Assembly (NCBI RefSeq): GCF_009914755.1
Contig: NC_060939.1
Source of the DNA: the human T2T-CHM13v2.0 reference genome, Homo sapiens
Reading direction: 5' to 3' (one strand)
Length of the DNA: 64,000 nt
How positions within the stretch are numbered: position 1 is the stretch's first letter; each line of letters opens with the position of its first letter. The translations under genes were made by a program, and so were the position numbers. Of the stretch, positions 26,201 to 40,200 are shown in pieces. The notes under the pieces were generated by a model, which had not been told where the DNA came from, did no database searches, and saw only the letters and a list, made by a program, of their open reading frames with translations.

Positions 26201-27009
26201 CACCCCACTCCACTCCTCTTCATTCCATTCCATTCCATCTTTTTCCATTCCTCTCGATTGCACTCTACTCCACTTCACTCCACTCCACTCCACTCCAAAC
26301 CATTCCATTCCATTCCACTGCATTCAATTCCATTCCTTTCTTTTGAGAGTATCTCACTCTGTCACCCAGCCTGGAGCGCAGTGGCAGAATCTCAGCTCAC
26401 ATTTCATTTCACCATTCCATTGCATTCTACTCCATTAAATTCCACTCCACTCCACTCCAATCCATTCCACTCCACTCCACCCCAGTCCAGTCCACTCCAG
26501 TCCTTTTCTTTCCATCCCATTCCATTCCACTCCTTTCTACTCCACTCCATTCCACTTCTCTCAACTCCATTACATTCCATTCCACTCCATTCCATTCCAT
26601 TCCACTCCATTCCATTCCAGTACTTTCTTTTGACAGTATCTCACTCTGTCACCCAGGCTAGTGTGCAGTGGCACAATCTCAGCTCATAATTTCACCATTC
26701 CATTCCACTGCACTCCACTCCACTCCACTCCACTCAATTCCATACCACTCCACTCCAATCTATTCCATTCCATTCCACTCCATTCCATTCCAGTACTTTC
26801 TTTTGACAGTATCTCACTCTGTCACCCAGGCTAGTGTGCAGTGGCACAATCTCAGCTCATAATTTCACCATTCCATTCCACTGCACTCCACTCCACTCCA
26901 CTCAATTCCATACCACTCCACTCCAATCTATTCCATTCCATTCCAATCCCTTCCATTCCACTCCTTTATTTCATCAGGGTCTCCATCTGTCACACAGGCT
27001 GTAGTGCAG
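17281..27009 (+). repeat. Diverged HSat3-like CCACT/CCATT satellite with ~29 interspersed Alu fragments
   Basis: Same architecture as 1-9985. Alu fragments at ~17695, 17957, 18149, 18760, 19232, 19510, 19696, 20043, 20240, 20730, 20972, 21164, 21726, 22383, 22760, 23027, 23214, 23791, 24028, 24282, 24724, 24986, 25178, 25667, 25884, 26341, 26628, 26801 and 26969. Confidence 0.92.
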
Positions 27010-28537
27010 GTGATGAGACTATTTTATAGGCTCTGTGTATGGGGGCATTGTGACCTATCTCTGCACTGATCACCCAGGTGATGGGACTTTTGTCTAGGCT
27101 CTGCCTACGGTGGCATTGTGACATATCTCTTCACTGATCACCCAGGTGATGTAACTCTTGTGTTGGATCTGCCTAGGGGGCATCATGACATATTTCTGCA
27201 CTGATCACCCAGGTGTTGGGACTCTTGTCTAGGCTCTGTATATGGGGGATTTGTGACATATCCCTGCACTGATCACCCAGGTGATGTAACGCTTGACTAG
27301 GCTGTGAATTCTGGGGCATAGTGACATATCACTGCATTGATCACCGAGATGATGTAACTCTTGTCCAGGCTGTACATATAGAAGGCCCAGTGACATATCT
27401 CTGCACCGATCATCTACTTGATGTAACTCTTGGTTACACATTGCCTGCAAGGGCATTGTGAAATATCTCTTTACTGATCAACCAGGTGATCTAAGTCTTT
27501 TCTAGGCTCTGCCTACAGGGGGTTTTGTGACATAACCCTGCACTGATCACCCAGGTGATGGGACTCTTCTCTAGGCTCTGCCTACTGGTGACATTGTCAC
27601 ATATTTCTGCACTGATCACCCAGGTGATGGACTCTTGTCTTGGATCTGCCTATGGGGGCATTGTGACATATCTCTGCACTGATCACCCAGGTGATGTAAC
27701 TCTAGTCTAAGCTCTGCCTAAAGTGGCATTGTGACAGATCTCTGCACTGATCACTCAGCTGATGTAACTATTGTCTAGGCTCTGCTTAAAGGGGCCTTGT
27801 CACATATGTCTACACTGATCACCCAGGTGATGTAACGGTTGTCTAGGCTCTGCTTACAGAGGTTATTGTAACATATCTCTGCACTGATAACGTAAGTGAT
27901 GTAACACTTGTGTAGGCTCTGCCTACAGGGGCATTTTGACATATCTCTGCACTGTTAACCGAGGTGATGTAATTCTTCTCTAGGGTGTGCCCATAGGGGG
28001 GTTGAGACATATCTCTGCACTGATCCCAAGGTGATCCAACTCTTGCCTGGGCTCTGCCTACTGGGGGCATTGTGACATATCTCTGCACTGATCTCCCACG
28101 TGATGTAACTTTTCTCTAAGCTCGGGCTACATGGCATTGTGACATATTACTGCACTGATCACCCAGGTGATATAACCCTTGTCTAGGCTCTGCCTACAGG
28201 GGGCTTGTGACACATCTCTGCACTGATCACCCAGGTGATGTATCTCTTGTCTAGGATCCACCTACAGGGTGCTTTGTGACATATCCCTGCAATGATCACC
28301 CAGGTGATGTACCACTTGTCAAAGCTCTGCCTACAAGGGGTTTGCTATATATCTCTGCACTGATCATATAGGTCATGTATCTCTTGTCTAGGCTCTGCCT
28401 ACAGGGGACATTGTGATATATCTCTGCACTGATCACCCAAATGATGCAAATCTTCTCTAGACTCCGCAGGGAGGGGTCATTGTGACATATTTCTGAACTG
28501 ATCATCGGGGAGATGTAACTATTCTCCAGGCTTTGAC
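27010..28537. repeat. Beta satellite (68-bp Sau3A) array 1
   Basis: ~68-bp monomer ctgcactgatcacccaggtgatgtaactcttgtctaggctctgcctacagggggcattgtgacatatct, with one GATC per monomer. Confidence 0.95.
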
Positions 28538-28635
28538 TAAAGAGCGTCGGAAGGTGTTGGGAGAACCTCAGCTGGAATTTCACGGACGGACAAGGGCACA
28601 GAAAGGCCAGCGGGCTCCCTTGCACGTCAGCTGGG
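28441..28635 (-). other. pLAM / DUX4 exon-3-homologous segment lacking the poly(A) signal (also at ~34410-34600, 43245-43435, 50495-50685, 58273-58465)
   Basis: Minus strand reads ccttccgacgctctttag|tcaaagcctggagaatagttacatctcc...gatcagttcagaaatatGTCACAatg. This is homologous to the 4qA pLAM as I recall it (...GTTCAGAGATATATTAAAATGCCCC), with GTCACA in place of ATTAAA. Confidence 0.8.
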
Positions 28636-29244
28636 GAGTTCAATGAGCACAGGTCTAGCCAGGAGACCGACAAAGAGAGCTAGAGGTCTGCGTTCTGCGG
28701 CCAGGCGCTCCACGGTGGCAGCTGGGAGGCTTCAGGGTCACGGACAGGCCGGCGACGGTGGCGCGGAGGCGCAGAGGAGGCGAGTCGCCAGATGGGTGAC
28801 AGGGCTGGACGCTGCGTGGGCCTGGTGTTTTGCGGGACGGGGTTCTCCACCCAGGGCAGGGGAGGATGCATTTTCCGGGTGTGGGGGGTGGGCGGGGAAG
28901 GGGGTGTTCATTCGGGGTTGGGGTGGTGGAAAGGCATGAGAGCTCTGCCTGGGCTGCTCCCACATCCCAGGCGGCTGTCTGCAAACCCGCGCGTGCGCAG
29001 TAGGCGGCCCACCTGCTGGTACCTGGGACGGCTCTGTGATCCCCGGGATGCCCAGGAGAGAATGGCTGTTCTCCGCTGTGTGGAGCCTCTCACCGGGCCT
29101 AAACCTAGAAGGTAGGAATCCTAGGCCGGTCAGCCTGGTGGAGGGGGTGGGTGGAAGACACGCCCCTCCATAGCCAGCCAGGTGTTCCCCGCAAAACAGA
29201 GGCCACCGCCCTGCCACTACCCGACCCCTTCCCAACCCCGCATC

Positions 29245-30726
<1,482 letters not shown>

Positions 30727-31310
30727 GGAAGGGTCCCAGGGCGTCGAGGCCTGCGGCCGGGGGGTGATGGGGTGGGGGAGAAGGCCTGGTTACGGCGGTG
30801 GTGGGGCTGGAGACACGAAGAGGAAGGGGGCAAGGGGGAAGGGGTGAGGGGGTGGCGTTTCGGGGGCTGGCTCTCTGGACCTCTCAAGGAATCCCGCGGG
30901 AACTGGAAGCCGCTCTCTGGGCTCCCACGCATCTTCAGCAGGAAGAAACCGGCTGGGAGGGTGGAGGGGAGTTTGGAAATGAACCTCCATGGGAGTCTTG
31001 AGTGTTTCAGGCCCTCTCTCGGTGAAGGAGGCAGTGCCTGTGGGTGTCACCATTGCCGGGACGGTCTCACACAGGCAGGCGTGTGGCTCTCGTTCATTTC
31101 CACTTAGGAGACCAGAGCGAGACCCCAGAGAGAAGATGCCTCCCCGGCGTGATGGCCTGACGATGGATTCACCTGTGCGGCATCATGGGGATTCCGCAGT
31201 GTGGCCGGTTTGGAAACTGGCAAGGACAGCGAAGGCACCATGCCGGTCTTCCACACTTCCCTGCATGTTTCCGGGTGTCTGCAGAGATCCAGGAGCAAAC
31301 AGTCAACATG

Positions 31311-34300
31311 ACACATCTCTGAACTGATCAATAAAGTGATGTAACTCTTGTCTAGGCTCTGCCTACAGGGGCTTTGTGACATGTCTCTGCACTGATCACC
31401 CAGGTGATGGGACTTTTGTCTAGGCTCTGCCTATGGGTGCATTGTGACATATCTCTACACTGATCACCCAGGTGATTTAACTCTTGTGTTGGATCTGCCT
31501 ATGGGGGCATTGTGAAATATTTCTGCACTGATCACCCAGGTGATGGGACTCTTGTCTAGGCTCTGTGTATGTGGGGTTTGTGACATATCTCTGAACTGAT
31601 CACCCAGATGATGTAACGCTTGACTAGGCTCTGCCTACGGGGCAATAAGACATATCACTGCATTGATCACCGAGGTGATATAACTCTTGTCCAGGCTCTG
31701 CCTATAGGGGGCCTTGTGACATATCTCTGCACTGATCATCTAGGTGATGTAACACTTGCTTACGTTCGGCCTGCAGGGGCATTGTGAAATATCTCTGCAC
31801 TGATCACCGAGGTAATGGGACTCTTCTCTAGGCTCTGCCTACTGGTGGCATTGTCACATATTTCTGCATTGATCACCCAGGTGACGGATTGTTGTCTTGG
31901 ATTTGCCTATGGGGGCATTGTGACATATCTCTGCACTGATCACCCAGGTGATGTAACTCTTGTCTAAGCTCTGCCTAAAGGGGCTTTGTGATAGATATCT
32001 GCACTGATCACTCAGGTGATGTAACTATTGTCTAGGCTCTGCTTAAAGGGGCCTTGTCACATATCTCTTCACTGATCACCCAGGTGATGTAACTCTTCTC
32101 TAGGCTCTGCTTACACGGGTATTGTGAGATATCTCTGCACTGATCACCCAGGGGATGTAGCTCTTGTCTAGCCTCTGCCTACAGGGGCATTTTAACATAT
32201 CTCTGCACTGATCACCGAGATGATGTAACTCTTGTATAGGCTTTGCCGACAGTGGGCATTGAGACATATCTCTGCACTGATCACCGAGGTGATGCAACTC
32301 TTGTCTGGGATCTGCTTACAGGGGGCATTGTGACATATCTCTGCCCTGATCACCCAGGTGATGTTACTCTTGTCTAGGCTCTGCCTACTGGAGACATTGT
32401 GACATATATCTGCACTGATCACCTAGGTGATGTCACTTTTGTCAAGGATATGGCTATAGGGACATTGTGACATGTCACTGCACTGATCACACAGCTGATA
32501 TAACTCTTGTCTAGGCTCTAGCTACAGAGGGCTTGTGAGACATCTCTGCACTGATCACCCAGGTGATGTAACCCTTATATAGGCTCTGCCAAAAGGGGGC
32601 ATTGTGGCATAACTCTGCACTGATCACCCTGGTGATGGGACCCTTGTCTAGGCTCTGCCTACAGGGGCATTGTGATATATCTCTGCAGTGATCACGCAGG
32701 TGATGTAACTCTTGTCTATATCTGCCTACTGGCGGCATTTTGGCATATTTCTGCACTGATCACCCAGGTGATGGACTCTTTCTTGGATCTGCCTATGGGG
32801 GCATAGTGAAATATCTCTGCACTGATCACTCATGTGATGTAACGCTTGTCTAAGCTGCACCTAAATGGGAATTGTGACAGATATCTCCACTGATCACCTA
32901 GGTGATGTAACAGTTTTCTGGGATTTGTCTACAGGGGGCTTTGTGACATATATTTGCACTGATGAACCAGGAGATTTAACTCTTGTCTAGGCTTGGCCTA
33001 CAGGGGCTTTGTGACGTATTTCTGCACTGATCACCCAGGAGATGTAACTCTTGTCTAGGCTCCACCTACAGGGGGTATTGTGAGATATCTCTGCACTGAT
33101 CACCCAGGTGATGTAACATTTCTCTAGGCTCTGCCTACTGGGGCATTTTGACATAGCTCTGCACAGATCACCAAGGTTATGTAACTCTTGTCCACTCTCT
33201 GCCTACAGGGGGCATTGTGAAATACCTCTGCACTGATAACCTAGGTGATGGGTCTCTTCTCTATACTCTGCCTAGAGTGGGATTTGTGACATATGTCTGC
33301 ACTGATCACCCAGGTGATGGAAGTCTTCTCTAGGCTCTGTCTATGGGCGCATTGTGTCAAATATCTGCACTGATCACCCAGGTGATGTAACTCTTTTCTA
33401 GGCTCTGTCTACAGGGATTTTTGTGACATATCACTGCACTGATCAACTCGGTGATGTAAGCCTTGTATGGGCTTTGCCTGCAGAAGGCTTTGTGACATAT
33501 CTCTGCACTGATCTCTGAGGTGACGCAACTCTTGTCTAGGCACTGCCTACAGGGGACATTGGTACATATCTCTGCACTGATCACCCAGGTGATGGACTCT
33601 TGTCTTATATCTGCCTACTTGACATTGTGACACATCTCTGAACTGATCAAAGAAGTGATGAAACTCGTGTCTAGGCTCTGCCTACATGGGCTTTGTGACA
33701 CATCTCTTCACTGATCAACCTGGGGAGGGAACTCTTGTCTACGCTCTGCCTACAGGAGGCTTTATGACTTATACCTGCACTGATAACCTAGCTGATATAA
33801 CACTTGTCTAGGCTCTGCCTACATGGGAATTTTCACATATCTCTGCACCGATCACCCAGGTGATGTAACTCCTGTCTAGATTCAGCCTACGGGAGCGTTT
33901 TGACATATCTCTGCACTGATCACCCAGGTGATGTAACCCTTGTCTAAGCTCTGCCTACAGGGGCATTGTGACAAATCTCTCCACTGCTCACCCAGGTGAT
34001 GTAACAATTGTCTGGGCTTTGCCTACAGGGGGCTTTTTGATACACATTTCCACTGATCAAACAGGTCATGTAACCCTTGTCAAGGTTCTGCTTACAGGTG
34101 CTTTGTGACATATCTCTGCACTGATCACCCCAGGGAGGAAACACTTGTCTACACTCTGCCTACAAGAGGCTTTACAACTTACCCCTGCACTGATCACTAG
34201 GTGATGTAACACTTGTGTAGGCTCTGTCTACACGGGAATTTTCACATATCTATCTCTACACTGATCACCTAAGTGATGTAACCCTTGTCTAGGTTCAGCC

Positions 34301-34505
34301 TACTGGGGATTTCTGACATACCTATGCACTGATCACCCAGGTGATGTAAATCGTTTCCAGGCTTTTTTTACAGGGTACATTTTGATATATCTCTACAGTG
34401 ATCACCCAAATGATGCAAATCTTCTCTAGGCTCCACAGGGAGGGGGCATTGTGACATATTTCTGAACTGATCATCCAGGAGATGTAACTATTCTCCAGTC
34501 TTTGA
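31311..34505. repeat. Beta satellite array 2
   Basis: Tandem ~68-bp Sau3A monomers. Confidence 0.95.
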
Positions 34506-37280
<2,775 letters not shown>

Positions 37281-40200
37281 GACACATCTCTCAACTGATC
37301 AACAAAATGTCGTAACACTTGACTAGGCTCTGACTAAAGGGGCTTTGTGGGATATCTCTGCACTGATCACCCAGGCGATGGGACTTTTATCTAGGCTCTG
37401 CCTATGGGGGCATTGTGACATATCTCTACACTGATCACCCAGGAAATTTAACTCTTGTGTTGGATCTGCCTATGGGGGCATTGTGACATATTTCTGCACT
37501 GATCACCCAGGTGAACGGACTCTTGTCTAGGCTCTGTGTATGGGGTCTTTGGGACATATCTCTGCACTGATCACCCAGGTGATGTAACGCTTGACTAGTC
37601 TCTGCCTACGGGGCATAGTGACCTATCACTGCATAGATCACCGAGGTGATGTAACTCTTGTCCAGGCTCTGCCTATAGGGGGCCTTGTGACATATCTCTG
37701 CACTGATCATCTAGGTTATGTACCTCTTCCTTACGCTTTGCCTGCACGGCAGGGATATTGTGAAATATCTCTGCACTGATCACCCAGGTGATGGGACTGT
37801 TTTCTAGGCTCTGCCTACTGGGGGCATTGTCACATATTTCTGCCCTGATCAGTGAGGTGACGGACTCTTGTCTTGGATTTGCCTATGGGGACATTGTGAC
37901 ATATCTCTGCACTGATCACCCAGGTGATGAAACTCTGGTCTAAGCTCTGCCTAAAGGGGCATTGTGACAGATCTCTGCACTGATCACTCAGGTGATGTAA
38001 CTATTGTCTAGGCTCTGCTTAAAGAGACCTTGTCACATATCTCTGCACTGATCAACCAAGTGATGCAACTATTGTCTAGGCTCTGCTTACAGGGTGTATT
38101 GTGACTTATCTCTGCAATGATCACCTAAGTGATGTAACACTTGTGTAGGCTCTGCCTACATGGGCATTTTGACATATTTCTGCACTGTTAACCGATGTGA
38201 TGTAACTCTTGTCTAGGCTGTGCCCACAGAGTGATTGAGACATATCTCTGCACTGATCCCGAGGTGATCCAACTCTTGCCTGGTGTCTGCCTACTGGGGA
38301 CATTGTGACATATCTCTGCACTGATCTCCCAGGTGCTGTTACTTTAGTCTGGGCTCTGGCTACACGGCATTGTGACATATCACTGCACTGATCACCCATG
38401 TGATATAATTATTGTCTAGGCTCTGTCTACAGGGGGCTTGTGACATATCTCTGCGCTGATCACCCAGGTGATATAACTCTTCTCTAGGATCTGCCTACAG
38501 GGTGCTTTGTGACATATCCCTGCAATGATCACCCAGGTGCTATACCACTTGTCAAGGCTCTGCCTACAGGGGGCTTTTGACATATCTCTGCACTGATCAA
38601 CCAGGTGATATAACTCTTCTCTAGGATCTGCCTACAGGGTGCTTTGTGACATATCACTCCAATGATCACCCAGGTGATGTACCACTTGTCAAGGCTCTGC
38701 CTACAGGGACATTGCGATGTATCTCTGCACTGATCTACTAGGTCATGTAACACTTGTTTAGGCTCTGCCTACAGTGGCATTGTGACATACCTCTGCACTG
38801 ATCATCCAAGTGATGTAACCCTTGTCTAGGATATGCCTAAAGGGACTTTGTGACATAACTGCACTGATCATCCAGGTGATGGGGCTTTTGTCTTGGCTCT
38901 GCCTAAGGGGGCATTGTGACATATTTCTGCACTGACCACTCAAGTGATGGACTCTTGTGTTGGATCTGCCTGTGGGGGCATTTTGACTTGTCTCTCCACT
39001 GATCACCCAGGTGATGTAACTGTTGTATAACCTCTGCCAACAGGGGAATTGTGAGAGATCTCTCCACTGATCACCCAAGTGATGTAACTATTGTCTAGGC
39101 TTTGCCTACGGGGTCTTTGTGACATACCTTTGCACTGATCACCCAGGTGATGTAACTTATCTAATTTCTGCCCACAGAAGCTTTGTGACATATTTCTGCA
39201 CTGATCACTTTGGTGATGTAACACTTTTATAAGCACAGCCTACAGGGAATTTTAACAAATCTCTGCACTGATCACCTAGGTAATGTAAATCTTGTCTACC
39301 CTCTGCTCAAAGGGGGCATTGTGAAATATCTCTGCACTGATCACCCAGGTGATTCAACTCTTGTCTAGGATGTGCCTACAGGGGTATTGTGAAATATCTA
39401 TGTACTGATCAACTGGGTGATGTAACTCTTGTCAAGGCTAAGCCTACAAGGGCATTTTCACATATACCTAAACTGGTGACAAAGGTGATGTAACTCTTGC
39501 CTAGGCTTTGCCTACAGAGGACATTGTGACATATCTCTGCACTGATACCCAGGTGATGCAACTCTTCTCTATGCTCTGCCTACAGGGGACATTGTGACAT
39601 ATCTCTGCACTGATAACCCAGGTGATGCAACTCTTCTCTATGCTCTGCCTACAGGGGGCATTGTGACATATCTCTGCACTGATCACCCAGGTGATGTAAC
39701 TCTTTTCTAGGCTCTGCCTAGAGGGAACCTTGACAAATCTCTGCACTAATCACCTAGGTGATGTAAATCTTGTCTACCCTCAGCCCAAAGGGGGTATTGT
39801 GAAATATCTCTGCACTGATCACCCAGGTGATTCAACTCTTGACTTGGATCTGCTTACAGGGGTATTGTGAAATATCTCTGCACTGATAACCTGAGTGATG
39901 TAACACTTGTGTAGGCTCTGCCTACAGGGACATCTTGATATACCTCTGCACTGTCAACCGAGGTGATGTAACTCTTTTCTAGGCTGTGCACCCAGGGGGA
40001 TTGAGACATATCTATACACTGATCACGCAGGTGATGCTTCTCTTCCCTATGCTCTGCATACAGGGGACATTGTGACATATCTCTGCACTGATCACCCAGG
40101 TGAGACAACTCTTCTCTATGCTCTGTCAACAGGGGGCATTGTGACATATCTCTGCACTGATCACCCAGATGATGTTACTCTTTTCTAGGCTCTGCCTACA

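Noticed and set aside
199-27009. CRISPR-like pattern of ~60-bp repeats with spacers
   Set aside because: The repeats are Alu-derived and diverged, the spacers are satellite of 100-600 bp, there are no cas genes and the context is eukaryotic.
110-27029. Long ORFs (up to 824 aa) of HSIPF/MEWNG repeats
   Set aside because: These are translations of a stop-poor pentamer satellite, open in several frames on both strands. Many begin at GTG/TTG. There is no coding evidence.
30759-30870. G-quadruplex-prone G-tracts upstream of the DUX promoters
   Set aside because: They are present but are an already known property of D4Z4 sequence. Nothing is specific to this window.
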